NCBI GenBank assembly: GCA_965279565.1
Contig: OZ257249.1
Location: forward strand, 1,040,496-1,104,495
Direction: 5' to 3'
DNA length: 64,000 bases
Source of the DNA: Tagaea sp.
Lineage (GTDB): Bacteria; Pseudomonadota; Alphaproteobacteria; CACIAM-22H2
Shown here one piece after another: positions 1 to 10,437 of the stretch (position 1 is its first letter; each line of letters starts with the position of its first letter). A model generated the notes under the pieces. It made no database searches. It was not told where the DNA came from and saw only the letters and a list, made by a program, of their open reading frames with translations. Both the position numbers and the translations under genes were made by a program.

Positions 1-1140
1 GACCAGCAGGCCCGCGATGACGTCGTCGACGTCGAGCGCGTCGACGAACACCTGCGAGCGTTCCTTGAATTCCTGCTGGCGCCGCTCGGATTCCTCGGCT
101 TCCGTCAGGATGTCGATGGCCCATCCCGTCAGCATCGAGGCGAGGCGCACGTTCTGGCCGCGACGGCCGATGGCCAGCGAAAGCTGCTCGTCGGGAACGA
201 CCACCTCGATGCGGCGGGCTTCCTCGTCGAGCACGACCTTCGTGACTTCGGCGGGTGCGAGCGCGTTGACGACGAACGTCGCCGGGTCGTTCGACCACGG
301 GATGATGTCGATCTTCTCGCCCTGCTGTTCGGCGACGACGGCCTGCACGCGGCTGCCGCGCATGCCCACGCAGGCGCCGACCGGATCGATCGAGCTGTCG
401 TGGCTGACGACCGCGATCTTGCCGCGGCTGCCCGGATCGCGGGCGACGGCCTTGATCTCGATGATGCCGTCGTAGATTTCCGGCACTTCCTGCGCGAACA
501 GCTTGGCCGTGAACTGCGGATGCGTGCGCGACAGGAAGATCTGGGGGCCGCGCGCTTCCTGGCGGACGTCGTAGATGTAGGCGCGCACGCGCTCCTGCGC
601 CTTGAAGTTCTCGCGCGGGATCGTCTCGTCGCGGCGCAGGATCGCTTCGGCGCGGCCGAGATCGACGGTGACGTTGCCGAACTCGACGCGCTTGACCAGG
701 CCGTTGACGATCTCGCCAACGCGATCCTTGTACTCGTCGAACTGGCGCTGGCGCTCGGCCTCGCGCACGCGCTGGACGATGACCTGCTTGGCCGTCTGCG
801 CGGCGATGCGGCCGAAATCGATCGGCGGCAGCGGATCGGTCAGGTAGTCGCCGACCTTCGCGTCGGGATTCTTGCGCAGGGCGTCCTCGACCGACATCTC
901 GGTCGCCTCGTTGGTCACCGGATCGGCGACCAGGCGGTAGCGCAGCAGCTGCATCTCGCCGTTGTCGCGGTCGATGTGCGCGCGGATGTCGTGCTCGATG
1001 CCGTACTTGGCGCGGCCGGCCTTCTGGATGGCCTGCTCCATCGCTTCAAGCACCTGCTCGCGCTCGATGCCCTTCTCGCGGGCCACCGTGTCGGCGACCT
1101 GGAGCATCTCGATGCGGTTATAGGCGGTCGTGCGTTCCAT
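1..1140 (-). CDS. nusA: Transcription termination/antitermination factor NusA, truncated by the window start; ATG at 1138-1140.
   Basis: Translating the reverse strand from 1140 gives [47 protein letters not shown], with S1 and KH-like regions, typical NusA. It follows rimP as in the conserved rimP-nusA-infB operon. The plus ORF 400..1623 is its antisense artefact. Confidence 0.9.
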   Translation of the reverse strand, partial: MERTTAYNRIEMLQVADTVAREKGIEREQVLEAMEQAIQKAGRAKYGIEHDIRAHIDRDNGEMQLLRYRLVADPVTNEATEMSVEDALRKNPDAKVGDYLTDPLPPIDFGRIAAQTAKQVIVQRVREAERQRQFDEYKDRVGEIVNGLVKRVEFGNVTVDLGRAEAILRRDETIPRENFKAQERVRAYIYDVRQEARGPQIFLSRTHPQFTAKLFAQEVPEIYDGIIEIKAVARDPGSRGKIAVVSHDSSIDPVGACVGMRGSRVQAVVAEQQGEKIDIIPWSNDPATFVVNALAPAEVTKVVLDEEARRIEVVVPDEQLSLAIGRRGQNVRLASMLTGWAIDILTEAEESERRQQEFKERSQVFVDALDVDDVIAGLLV

Positions 1141-1172
1141 GTGCGATCTCTCTCGGTCTCAAGTCTTTTAGG

Positions 1173-1679
1173 TCAGTTGGCGGTCGCCGCGGCCTTCTCT
1201 TCGGCTTTCGTCGCGGCAATGAGTTCGTCGGTCAGCAGAAGCTTCGCGCGCGCGATCTCGGCGAGCGGAACCTCGGCGGGGCCTTCCTTGGTCTCGATGC
1301 GCACGCGGCTCTCGGCCACGCCCAGCAGGCGGCCGGAGAAGCGCTTGCGCCCGTCGAGGGGCGCGCGCGTCTCGACCTTCGCGACGTGGCCGGCGAAGCG
1401 CTCGAAATCGGCGGGCCGCACCAGCGGCCGGTCGATGCCGGGCGAGCTCACCTCGAGCACGTACTGCGAGGCGATCGGATCCTCGACGTCGAGCTTGGCG
1501 GACAATGCGCGCGACAGGTTCTCGCAATCCTCGACGCGCATGGCCTTGCGGTCCTTGCGTTCGGCCATGATCTGCAGCGTCGGGCGGTCGCGGCCGGTGA
1601 CGACGACGCGCACGAGTTCGTAGCCCAGACCTTCGATGGTCGGGCCGACGATGTCTTCCAAGGCGCGCGCGCGTTCCAT
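1173..1679 (-). CDS. rimP: Ribosome maturation factor RimP.
   Basis: Internal Met of ORF 1173..1790 begins MERARALEDIVGPTIEGLGYELVRV, the RimP/YhbC family N-terminus. It lies immediately upstream of nusA on the same strand. Confidence 0.85.
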   Translation of the reverse strand: MERARALEDIVGPTIEGLGYELVRVVVTGRDRPTLQIMAERKDRKAMRVEDCENLSRALSAKLDVEDPIASQYVLEVSSPGIDRPLVRPADFERFAGHVAKVETRAPLDGRKRFSGRLLGVAESRVRIETKEGPAEVPLAEIARAKLLLTDELIAATKAEEKAAATAN

Positions 1680-1740
1680 GGTTCCGGTGCGGACTCTTCT
1701 GTCGATGTCGCGAAACGCCCGCGGCACAGCCGGGCGGGCA

Positions 1741-1770
1741 ATAAAAAAGTGCGCCGGTTTGGGCGCACTT
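1741..1770 (-). terminator. Hairpin plus U-run in the rimP-nusA leader, a candidate attenuator.
   Basis: On the minus strand AGUGCGCC-loop-GGCGCACU is followed by UUUUUU, located about 70 nt upstream of the rimP start. No gene lies upstream on that strand. Confidence 0.4.
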
Positions 1771-2031
1771 CCTATTGATGCCCGAGCCAAACCTCGGGAG
1801 TTATGACGGGCGGGAATATACGCTTTTCCGCGCCCGAATCAAGTATTGAAGACACCCGATTAACCTTTTGGATTTCCGGGGCTAAATCGGCCTGCGCGCG
1901 GTCCCCGCAAACGGCCGGCAACGCGCTGCGACAGCCATTGGAAGCCCGTCGGCGCTGGGCTAAGTTCAGACGGAACGGTCGAGTCGCCCGCACGCGTATC
2001 GCGTGCGGTGCCAGATGGATACGCAACGGAC

Positions 2032-3762
2032 ATGTCAAAGCGGTCGGCGAACGGCACCCTTCGGGCAGCGGCACTTGCGGCGGCCCTGCTGGGCGGCTGC
2101 GCGACCCCGCCGACGGCACAGGCCCCGCAGATCGAGCCGGCCGGCAGTTCGGTCCCGACCGCATCCGGCAACTTCCTTGCCGCCCTGCATGCCCAGCGCC
2201 AGCGCGACGTCGCCGCGGCCGCCGAGTTCAGCGCGCGTGCACTCGAAGCCGATCCGGGCAGTCTCGATTTCATGCTGCGCGCGCATTCGAGCCTCGTGGA
2301 GGCCGGCCGCATCGACGAAGCGGCAGCTCTCGCCCAGCGCATCGTGCGCGTCAATGGCGGTTTTGCGCCTGCACATCTCACGCTCGCGGTTTCCGAGCTC
2401 AAGTCCGGTCTCAACGATGTCGCGCGCGCGCGCCTCGGCTCGCTGCCGATCCAGGGCATCAACCGCATCGTCCATCCGCTGATGCTCGGCTGGATCGAGA
2501 TGGCGCTCGACCGGCCCGCCGCGGCGATCATCGCACTTCGGCCGGTTCAAGAGGTGCAGGGCTTCCGGTCGCTGCACGACTACCATGTCGGCCTGATCAA
2601 CGAGCTGGCCGGCCGCTTCGCGGATGCCGAGGAAGCCTATCGCCGCGCGCTCGAAGGCGACGGCGGCGCCCCGCCGCGCCTGATCGAGGCGTTCGGCGGA
2701 TTCCTCGAACGGCGCGGCCGGGCGGCCGACGCACGCGCGCTCTACACGCGCTTCCGCGCGCAGAATCCCGAATCACCGGTGATCCGCCAGGGCCTGCGGC
2801 GCACGATGGCCGGCGGCCCGCCGGCGGCGGCACCCGCCTTTCCGGCAAACACGCCGGCCGCGGGTGCGGGTGAGGCGCTGGCGAATCTCGCCGCCGCTTT
2901 CCGGCAGGACAACACGGTGGCGCTCGCACTCGGCTACGGCCGTCTGGCGCTCTACCTCAACCCCGACGAAGCCTCATCGCTCGCGACGGTCGCCGACATC
3001 CTCGACCAGCTCGGCCAGCGCGCGGAGGCCGACAAGCTCTATGCGCGCGTCGATCCCGCGTCGGTGCACGGCTTCGCCGCACGCCTGCGCATCGCCGAGA
3101 ACCTGCACGAGTCAGGCGACACGAACGGTGCGGTGCGTGCGCTCGACCGGCTCGCCGCCGACCGGACGGACCGGATCGAAGCGCTGATGACGATGGGCAA
3201 CATCCTTCGCGAGAAGGAGCGTTTCGCCGAAGCGGCGTCGGCCTATGGTCGCGCGGTCGAACGCCTCGGCACGCCGGAGCCGCGCCACTGGACGCTGTTC
3301 TACATGCGCGGCATCGCCTTCGAGCGCGCGAAGAACTGGCCGGCCGCCGAGCAGCACTTCAAGCGCGCGCTGGAACTGCAGCCTGACCAGCCGGACGTGC
3401 TGAACTATCTGGCCTATACGTGGGTCGACAAGAACCAGAACATCGCCGAGGCTGAGCGCATGCTGCGCCGCGCGGTCGAGCAGCGCCCGAATTCGGGCCA
3501 GATCGTCGACTCGCTCGGCTGGGCCTATTTCCGGCTCGGCCGGTTCGAGGAGTCGGTCCCGCTTCTCGAACGCGCGGTCGAGCTGCTGCCCGAGGACGCC
3601 GTCATCCTCGACCATCTGGGCGACGCGCTGTGGCGCGTGGGAAGATTCCTCGAAGCCTCGTTCCAGTGGCAGCGTGCGCTGCGCAACAAGCCGGAACCCG
3701 ATCTCAAGGTCGAGATCGAGAAGAAGCTGCGCGACGGGATGCCCGCCACCGCTACGCGTTGA
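2032..3762 (+). CDS. TPR-repeat lipoprotein.
   Basis: The N-terminus MSKRSANGTLRAAALAAALLGGCATP has a lipobox LLGGC. Multiple TPR-like repeats follow, for example AEQHFKRALELQPDQPDVLNYLAYTW. Confidence 0.7.
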   Translation: MSKRSANGTLRAAALAAALLGGCATPPTAQAPQIEPAGSSVPTASGNFLAALHAQRQRDVAAAAEFSARALEADPGSLDFMLRAHSSLVEAGRIDEAAALAQRIVRVNGGFAPAHLTLAVSELKSGLNDVARARLGSLPIQGINRIVHPLMLGWIEMALDRPAAAIIALRPVQEVQGFRSLHDYHVGLINELAGRFADAEEAYRRALEGDGGAPPRLIEAFGGFLERRGRAADARALYTRFRAQNPESPVIRQGLRRTMAGGPPAAAPAFPANTPAAGAGEALANLAAAFRQDNTVALALGYGRLALYLNPDEASSLATVADILDQLGQRAEADKLYARVDPASVHGFAARLRIAENLHESGDTNGAVRALDRLAADRTDRIEALMTMGNILREKERFAEAASAYGRAVERLGTPEPRHWTLFYMRGIAFERAKNWPAAEQHFKRALELQPDQPDVLNYLAYTWVDKNQNIAEAERMLRRAVEQRPNSGQIVDSLGWAYFRLGRFEESVPLLERAVELLPEDAVILDHLGDALWRVGRFLEASFQWQRALRNKPEPDLKVEIEKKLRDGMPATATR

Positions 3763-4651
3763 AGATCAGGATCGCCACGCCGGCCAGCACGAGAACGAGG
3801 CCCGCAAGCTCGTTCGGCTTGACCGTCTGCTTGAACAGCCGCCGACCCACAGCGAACGAGAACAGCACTTCGATCAGGCCGAGCGTGCGCACGGCCGCCG
3901 CCGTCGCGAGCGAGAATGCGGTGAACCATCCCGCCGACGCGAGTGCCCCCATCGCACCCGCGAACAGCGAAGGCCGCCACGCGGCCAGCACGCGCCGGAG
4001 TGCGGGGCGGTCGGTGACGGCGAGATAGGCGGTCAGGGCCGCCGCCTGCAGGCCAAGGGCGAGGACGAGTGCGGTCAGGGCCGCCAGCCAGAACACCGGC
4101 TCGCCGGATTTCAGGATCCCGCCGCGATAGAAGACCGCCGACAGCGCGAAGAGCCCGCCCGCCAGGATGCCGAGTGCCGTCGCGCGCCAGTCGTGGCCGC
4201 CCGCGCGCCACGGATTGCCCGACATCGCGATGACGCCGGCACAGGCGATCACGATCGCGGCAGCGCTTGTCAGCGTCACCGGCTCGGCCAGCACGAACAT
4301 CGCGAACACGGCAACCTGCACGGGCTCGGTCTTCGTGTAGGCGACCGCAAGGGCAAAAGACTGCGTCCGCATTGCGGCGAGCATCGCCGCGGTCGCCAGC
4401 ACCTGCGTGAGCGCACCGGTGGCGATCCACGCGACGGTATCCGTGTCCGGCAATGGCGGAAGATGGCCGGCAAACGCGCATCCGGCCGCGAACAGGGCGA
4501 CGGCGAACGGGAATCCGTAAAGGAACCGGACATGCGTGGCGCCGACCGTGCCGAGCGCCTCGGTCAGGTGGCGCTGCATGGCGTTGCGCGCCGTCTGCGC
4601 GCCTGCCGCCATCAGCGTCGCGGGAATCCAGAGCCAGTACCAGTCCTGCAT
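3752..4651 (-). CDS. EamA/DMT-family (drug/metabolite) transporter.
   Basis: 299 aa, highly hydrophobic with about 10 predicted TM segments and duplicated EamA-like halves. It converges on and overlaps the TPR gene by about 11 nt. Confidence 0.75.
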   Translation of the reverse strand: MQDWYWLWIPATLMAAGAQTARNAMQRHLTEALGTVGATHVRFLYGFPFAVALFAAGCAFAGHLPPLPDTDTVAWIATGALTQVLATAAMLAAMRTQSFALAVAYTKTEPVQVAVFAMFVLAEPVTLTSAAAIVIACAGVIAMSGNPWRAGGHDWRATALGILAGGLFALSAVFYRGGILKSGEPVFWLAALTALVLALGLQAAALTAYLAVTDRPALRRVLAAWRPSLFAGAMGALASAGWFTAFSLATAAAVRTLGLIEVLFSFAVGRRLFKQTVKPNELAGLVLVLAGVAILIFNA

Positions 4652-4793
4652 CGGCTTACCTTAGGCCATTGTCCGGCCGGCGCAATCTGCCGGTATCCGT
4701 GTACGTATACCGATGGATACCGCCTCATTAACCAAAAATTATGCGCAGAAGCGCATTTTAATGGCCATTCCGCAACTCATCGGGGACGGCACC

Positions 4794-6482
4794 ATGAACG
4801 CGTTCATCAACCTGCGCATCTCGGCGAAGATCGCGGTCGTCGCCAGCTTCATGGCACTGGTCAGCCTCGGGATCACGCTTTTCGCCATCGACACGATGCG
4901 CGCCTACAACGCCTTCAACGACGCGACGGTCTCCGCCTCGCGCCGCTCGACGAGCGCCGAGAAGGTCAACGGCCTGATCAACGCCGTCGTGATGGACTCG
5001 CGCGGCGTCTACATGTCGATGTCCATTCCGGAAGCGACGCGCTACGGCAACGGCATCCTCGCCTCGCTCAAGCTGCTCGAAGCCGAGATGTCGAAATGGG
5101 CCGCCGCCGTGAAGGCCGAGCAGCGCGAGACCTTCGCCAAGGCGCAGGCCGAGACGAAGCGCTTCGTCGAGTTCCGCACCGAGCTTGCCCGCCTCGGTCG
5201 CGAAGAGAGTCCCGCCAAGGGCCGCGAGTTCGGCGACAACGACGCCAACCGCTCGAACCGCCAGCAGCTCAACGTCTTCATCCAGCAGGTCGCCGCCGCC
5301 GATCTGGCCGAAATCGCCCAGCTCGACGAAGCACTCGGGAAGTTCTACGCCACCCGCCTGCCGCTGCTTGTCGGCGGATCGCTCGCCGCGATCGTCCTCG
5401 GTCTCGCCATCGCGCTGCTCGTCGCCAACCGGCTTATCGCGGGGCCGCTCGTGCGGCTCGGCGCCACGATCGAGAAACTTGCCGCCGGCGACACCGACAT
5501 CGTCGCCGAAGGTGCCGACCGCAAGGACGAGGTCGGCCGCATCGCCAAGACGCTCGAGGTCTTCAAGGCCGGCCTGATCGCCCAGCGCAACGCGCAGGAG
5601 AAGGAACGCGCCGACGTCGCCGCCCGCGAGAAGCGCGCGCGCGACATGATGGAGCTCATCCAGAAATTCAACACGGACGTCACCCAGCGCCTCGCCGCGG
5701 TCGGCACCTCCGTCGACGGCCTCAACGAATCCGCGACGACGATGAGCACGACGGCCGAAGAGACGGCACGCCAGGCCAACGCGGTCGCCGCGGCTTCGGA
5801 AGAAGCCTCGACGAACGTCCAGACGGTGGCTTCGGCGACCGAGGAGCTGACCTCGTCGATCCGCGAGATTTCCTCGCAGGTGAGCTCGTCGTCCGAGATC
5901 GCGCGTCGCGCAGTCGACCAGTCGACGCTCGCCAACTCGAAGGTCCAGGGACTCGCCGAGGCCGCCCAGCGCATCGGCGCGGTCGTCAAACTGATCAGCG
6001 ACATCGCGAGCCAGACGAACCTGCTTGCACTCAACGCGACGATCGAGGCCGCACGCGCCGGCGACGCCGGCAAGGGCTTCGCGGTCGTGGCGTCGGAAGT
6101 GAAGAGCCTCGCCAACCAGACGGCCAAGGCGACCGAGGACATCAGCCAGCAGATCGCCGAGATCCAGTCCGAGACCGGCGCTTCGGTCGAGGCGATCCAG
6201 TCGATCGGCGGGACGATCCGCGAAATCGACCAGATCACGGCGGCGATCGCCGCGGCGATCGAGGAGCAGGCGGCCGCCACGCAGGAGATCTCGCGCAACG
6301 TCCAGCAGGCTTCGGCCGGCACGCAGGAAGTCTCGTCGAACATCGTCGGCGTCAACGACGCGGCCGACCAGAGCGGCCGGGTCGCCGGGAACGTGCGCAG
6401 TGCGGCCGAAACGCTCGCGAACGAATCGCGCGCATTGCGCACGCGCATCGACGGGTTCCTCGGGGACGTCGCGGCGGCCTGA
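4794..6482 (+). CDS. Methyl-accepting chemotaxis protein.
   Basis: N-terminal TM segment, HAMP-like region, and a C-terminal highly conserved MCP signalling domain ([40 protein letters not shown]). GGGGA lies 7 nt before the ATG at 4794. Confidence 0.85.
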   Translation: MNAFINLRISAKIAVVASFMALVSLGITLFAIDTMRAYNAFNDATVSASRRSTSAEKVNGLINAVVMDSRGVYMSMSIPEATRYGNGILASLKLLEAEMSKWAAAVKAEQRETFAKAQAETKRFVEFRTELARLGREESPAKGREFGDNDANRSNRQQLNVFIQQVAAADLAEIAQLDEALGKFYATRLPLLVGGSLAAIVLGLAIALLVANRLIAGPLVRLGATIEKLAAGDTDIVAEGADRKDEVGRIAKTLEVFKAGLIAQRNAQEKERADVAAREKRARDMMELIQKFNTDVTQRLAAVGTSVDGLNESATTMSTTAEETARQANAVAAASEEASTNVQTVASATEELTSSIREISSQVSSSSEIARRAVDQSTLANSKVQGLAEAAQRIGAVVKLISDIASQTNLLALNATIEAARAGDAGKGFAVVASEVKSLANQTAKATEDISQQIAEIQSETGASVEAIQSIGGTIREIDQITAAIAAAIEEQAAATQEISRNVQQASAGTQEVSSNIVGVNDAADQSGRVAGNVRSAAETLANESRALRTRIDGFLGDVAAA

Positions 6483-6491
6483 GGCCGCCCT

Positions 6492-7148
6492 TCAGCCTTC
6501 GCGCTTCAGCACGAACAGGCCCTGCTCGCCGAGCAGGTTGGCGAGCCGGCCGGGCGCGCGCAGCCCCTTGGGCCGGCCTTCCGCGTCGAGCACCATTGCG
6601 GTCTCGATCGTGACACCCAGCGCCTCGCACAGCTCGACGAAATCGTTGATCGTGCACAGGTGGATGTTCGGCGTCTCGTACCAGGCCGCACTCAGCGAAT
6701 CGGTCACCGGCATGCGCCCGCCAACGAGCAGGCGCAGGCGCACGTGCCACACGCCGAAATTCGGGAACGAGACGACCGCCCGGCGCGCGATGCGCACGAG
6801 CTGGCCGAGTACGGCCTTGGGATCCCACGTGGCCTGCAGCGTCTGCGACAGGATCGCGTAGTCGAATCCGCCGGTCGGGTAGTCCTTGAGGTCGGTGTCG
6901 GCATCGCCCTGGATGACCGACAGGCCCTGCGCCACGCAGGCGTTGACGCCCGCCTGGCTGATCTCGATGCCGCGCGCATCGACGCCTTTCTCGTGCGCGA
7001 GATAGTCGAGGAGTGCTCCGTCGCCGCAGCCGATGTCGAGCACGCGGGTACCCGGCTCGATCATCTCGGCGATCGCCTTGAGGTCGACGCGGATGGCCGA
7101 GCGCGGCCGGCCCTGGGCCGCCGCCGGCGGTGCAGCCGGCTCGCTCAT
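6492..7148 (-). CDS. metW: Methionine biosynthesis protein MetW.
   Basis: [50 protein letters not shown], a MetW-type SAM-methyltransferase-fold protein. Its ATG overlaps the metX stop as ATGA. Confidence 0.85.
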   Translation of the reverse strand: MSEPAAPPAAAQGRPRSAIRVDLKAIAEMIEPGTRVLDIGCGDGALLDYLAHEKGVDARGIEISQAGVNACVAQGLSVIQGDADTDLKDYPTGGFDYAILSQTLQATWDPKAVLGQLVRIARRAVVSFPNFGVWHVRLRLLVGGRMPVTDSLSAAWYETPNIHLCTINDFVELCEALGVTIETAMVLDAEGRPKGLRAPGRLANLLGEQGLFVLKREG

Positions 7149-8359
7149 CCGAATTTCAGGCCGCGATGCTCGGCCGCCCCGTTGAGGAACCCGCCGAGAA
7201 CCGAATGGAACTCCGGCTCGTCGAGCAGGAAGGCGTCGTGGCCCTTGTCCGACACGATCTCGACGAACGAGACGTTGGCGGCCGCGGCGTTGAGCGCGTG
7301 GACGAGTGCGCGGCTCTCGGATGTCGGGAACAGCCAGTCGGACGTGAAGCTGACCACGCAGATGCGCGTCTTGGTGCCGGTGAAGGCCTCGGCGAGCACG
7401 CCGCCGTGCTCGGCCTGCAGGTCGAAATAGTCCATCGCGCGCGTGATGTAGAGATACGAGTTCGCGTCGAACCGGTCGACGAAGGTCGAGCCTTGGTGGC
7501 GCAGGTAGCTTTCGACCTGGAAATCGGCGTCGAAGCCGTAGGAAAGCTGCGCGCGGTTCTGCAGGCGCCGGCCGAACTTGCGGTGCAGCGCCGTCTCGGA
7601 AAGATACGTGATGTGCGCGGCCATGCGCGCGACCGCAAGGCCACGGTTCGGCATGACGCCGGCGGGCTGGTAGGCGCCGTCGCGCCAGTCCGGATCGGCC
7701 ATGATCGCCTGCCGGCCGACTTCGTTGAACGCGATGTTCTGCGCCGAATGGCGGTACGACGTGGCGACGGGTACGGCCGCGAAGACGCGCTCGGGATAGG
7801 CCGAGACCCATTCGAGCACCTGCATGCCGCCCATCGAACCGCCGATCACGCAGAACAGCTTTTCGATGCCCAGATGGTCGATCAGGCGCGCCTGCGCCTT
7901 GACCATGTCGCCGATCGTGATGACCGGGAAATCGAGGCCCCAGGGCTTGCCGGTCGCCGGGTTGACATCCTTGGGGCCGGTCGAGCCCATGCAGCCGCCC
8001 AGCACGTTGGCGCACACGATGAAATAGCGTTCGGTATCGAGCAGCTTGCCCGGACCCACCAGCGTCTCCCACCAGCCGGGCTTGCCGGTGACCGGGTGCG
8101 TGTCGGCGACGAACTGGTCGCCGGTCAGCGCGTGGCACACCAGCACCGCGTTCGACCGGTCGGCATTGAGCGTCCCGTAGCTCTGGTAGGCGACCGTCAC
8201 CGGCCCGAGCTCGACGCCGGAATCCAGCCGCAGCGGCATGCCGGCGGGGATCTCGAAGCGTCTGCCGGGAAAGTCCGGCGCGGTCGTGTCGACCGCGGCA
8301 ATGCGGGGATTTGCGCTCACGGGTTCGTTCTGGAAAGGGCCCAAGTTGCGGCGAAACAT
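7145..8359 (-). CDS. metX: Homoserine O-acetyltransferase MetX. The start is ambiguous between the ATG at 8359 and a downstream ATG (MPLRLDSG).
   Basis: Contains [23 protein letters not shown] and the catalytic GGSMGGMQ nucleophile elbow, the MetX alpha/beta hydrolase fold. It is followed by metW. Confidence 0.85.
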   Translation of the reverse strand: MFRRNLGPFQNEPVSANPRIAAVDTTAPDFPGRRFEIPAGMPLRLDSGVELGPVTVAYQSYGTLNADRSNAVLVCHALTGDQFVADTHPVTGKPGWWETLVGPGKLLDTERYFIVCANVLGGCMGSTGPKDVNPATGKPWGLDFPVITIGDMVKAQARLIDHLGIEKLFCVIGGSMGGMQVLEWVSAYPERVFAAVPVATSYRHSAQNIAFNEVGRQAIMADPDWRDGAYQPAGVMPNRGLAVARMAAHITYLSETALHRKFGRRLQNRAQLSYGFDADFQVESYLRHQGSTFVDRFDANSYLYITRAMDYFDLQAEHGGVLAEAFTGTKTRICVVSFTSDWLFPTSESRALVHALNAAAANVSFVEIVSDKGHDAFLLDEPEFHSVLGGFLNGAAEHRGLKFG

Positions 8360-8461
8360 GGGCCAAGCAAGCCGCGGATTCAAGCGCCGCCTTTCCGGGG
8401 CGTCGGGGGCCGCGACGGCCATTGCGCGGGCGGCGCGCGCTGCGCTATGCCTGCGAACCCG

Positions 8462-9352
8462 ATGTCCCAGACGTCCCAATCCAACCAGACGCTTGCCGAC
8501 CTGCGCCGGCGTCTCGATTCGATCGACGACCGCATGCTCGACCTGCTGGCCGAGCGCGCGCGCGCCATGGAAGACGTGCGCGCCGCAAAGGCTGCGGAGG
8601 GCGGGGCCGATCCGCGACTGGCCCGGCCGGGCCGGGAGATGACGATCCTGCGCCGCCTGATCGACCGGATCAAAGGCCCGCTGCCGCCCGATCTGGTCGT
8701 CCGGCTGTGGCGCGACATCATGACGAGCTTCACGCGCCTGCAGGGGCCGTTTTCGATCGCGGTGCTCCGCAACGAGTCGTACACCGCGCTGATGGCGCTG
8801 GCCCGCCAGCACTACGGCCAGTCGACGCCGCTGCTGACGGCGACGTCCCCCGCCCAGGTTTTCGCGCGGCTCGACGACGGGCGCGCCCAGCTCGCCCTGC
8901 TGCCGTCGCCCGAGGACACGCCAGATCTCGACTGGTGGCGCAATCTCGATCCGGCCGGCCTGCAGGTCGTTGCCCGCCTGCCGATCGACGGCGTCGAGAC
9001 GCAGCCCGGCGCCCTCGCGATCGGCCGGGCGTCGTTCGAGGAGTCCGGCGCCGACCGCGGCCTGCTGATCGTCGTGGCCGAGACCGAGACGAGCCGCGCC
9101 AAGCTCGGCCGCGCCTTCGGGCAGGCCGGCATCGGCCTTGCCGGAACCATCGCCGAATCCGAGCGCGGCGGCCGCCAGAGCTTCCTTGCCGTCACCGAAA
9201 CCTACATCGCACCCGGCGACGCGCGGCTCGCCACGCTTTCCGGGCTCGGCCTGTCGGTGAAGGTCGCGGGCGGCTATGCCGTGCCGCTGGGCCTCGCGTC
9301 CGAGAAGGCAAGCCGGCGCGGCCAGGCCAGTTCCAAGGGAGCCTCCAGATGA
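8462..9352 (+). CDS. Chorismate mutase (AroQ class) fused to a degenerate prephenate-dehydratase-like C-terminal domain.
   Basis: The N-terminus [46 protein letters not shown] is a CM_2 domain. The C-terminal roughly 200 aa ([20 protein letters not shown]...[22 protein letters not shown]) follows a PDT-domain pattern without ACT. The stop overlaps the hisC start as ATGA. Confidence 0.7.
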   Translation: MSQTSQSNQTLADLRRRLDSIDDRMLDLLAERARAMEDVRAAKAAEGGADPRLARPGREMTILRRLIDRIKGPLPPDLVVRLWRDIMTSFTRLQGPFSIAVLRNESYTALMALARQHYGQSTPLLTATSPAQVFARLDDGRAQLALLPSPEDTPDLDWWRNLDPAGLQVVARLPIDGVETQPGALAIGRASFEESGADRGLLIVVAETETSRAKLGRAFGQAGIGLAGTIAESERGGRQSFLAVTETYIAPGDARLATLSGLGLSVKVAGGYAVPLGLASEKASRRGQASSKGASR

Positions 9353-10437
9353 CGACGCCCGTGCCAAAGCCCGGCATCCTCGAGATTTCCCCCTATGTCG
9401 GCGGCAAGTCGTCCGTCGCGGGCGGCGCCAAGCCGATCAAGCTGTCGTCGAACGAGGGGGCCCTCGGCCCGTCGCCCAAGGCGATCGAGGCGGCCACGCG
9501 CGCGGCAACCCAGATGCACCGCTATCCCGACGGCGGTGCAAGCGCGCTGCGTGCGGCGATCGGCAAGCGCTTCTCGCTCGATCCCGAGCGCATCGTGTGC
9601 GGTGCCGGCTCGGACGAGCTGATCGCACTTCTGGTCAAGTCCTATGCCGGACCAGGCGACGAGGTGCTCTACAGCCAGTACGGCTTCGTCATGTACCCGA
9701 TCGCCGCGCACAGCACGGGGGCGGTTCCCGTGCAGGCGTCCGAGAAGGGCTACCGCACCGACATCGACGCGATGATCGCCAAGGCCGGCCCGAAGACGAA
9801 GATCTGCTTCGTCGCGAACCCGAACAATCCGACCGGCTCCTACGTGACGGGGGCGGAGCTCAAGCGGCTGCGCGACGGCCTGCCGCCGCACGTGCTGCTG
9901 ATCGTCGATGCGGCCTATGCCGAGTATGTCAGCCGCAACGACTACACGAACGGGTCCGAGCTGGTCGATGCGAGCGAGAACACCGTGATGCTGCGCACCT
10001 TCTCGAAGATGTTTGCACTTGGCGGGATGCGCCTGGGCTGGGCCTATGCGCCCGCGAAGATCGTCGACGTGCTGAACCGCGTGCGCGGGCCGTTCAACGT
10101 TTCGGCCGCCGCACAGGCCGCCGGCGTGGCAGCACTCGAGGATCTCGCCTTCCAGGAGAAATGCCGTGCGCACAACGACCGCGTGCTGTCGTGGTTCACC
10201 GGAGAAGTCGCGAAGCTCGGTCTCAAGACGTTGCCTTCGGTCGGCAATTTCGTGATGGTCGAGTTCCCGTCGTCGGGCGCGCACACGGCCGCGGCGGCAA
10301 ACGAGTTCCTGATGTCGCGCGCGATCATCCCGCGCGCGGTCGCCAACTACGGCCTGCCGGACCATCTGCGCGTGACGATCGGCACGGAGGACGAGATGAA
10401 GGCCGTCGTCGTCGCCCTTTCGGATTTCCTCAAGTGA
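9348..10437 (+). CDS. hisC: Histidinol-phosphate / aromatic aminotransferase.
   Basis: 363 aa class I/II aminotransferase with [36 protein letters not shown] and the PLP-lysine context [14 protein letters not shown]. Confidence 0.85.

Noticed and set aside
400-1623. A 407-aa plus-strand ORF across the nusA and rimP region.
   Set aside because: Its translation is low-complexity (runs of A/L/D/R/G) with no domain-like segments. It is the antisense frame of the clearly recognisable nusA and rimP genes in high-GC DNA.
3674-6613. A 979-aa plus-strand ORF rich in R/G/D/E.
   Set aside because: Its amino-acid composition is extremely biased. It runs antisense through the EamA gene and out of frame through the MCP gene, where the real products are evident.
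6492-8366. An apparent 624-aa MetX-MetW fusion on the minus strand.
   Set aside because: Only the C-terminal 219 aa (MetW) are real in that frame. MetX lies in a different frame (7145..8359) whose TGA overlaps the metW ATG. The upstream part of the long ORF is an out-of-frame read-through.
7130-9352. A 740-aa plus-strand ORF whose end is chorismate mutase.
   Set aside because: The first roughly 440 aa are antisense to metX and low-complexity. The genuine gene starts at the internal ATG 8462 ([18 protein letters not shown]).
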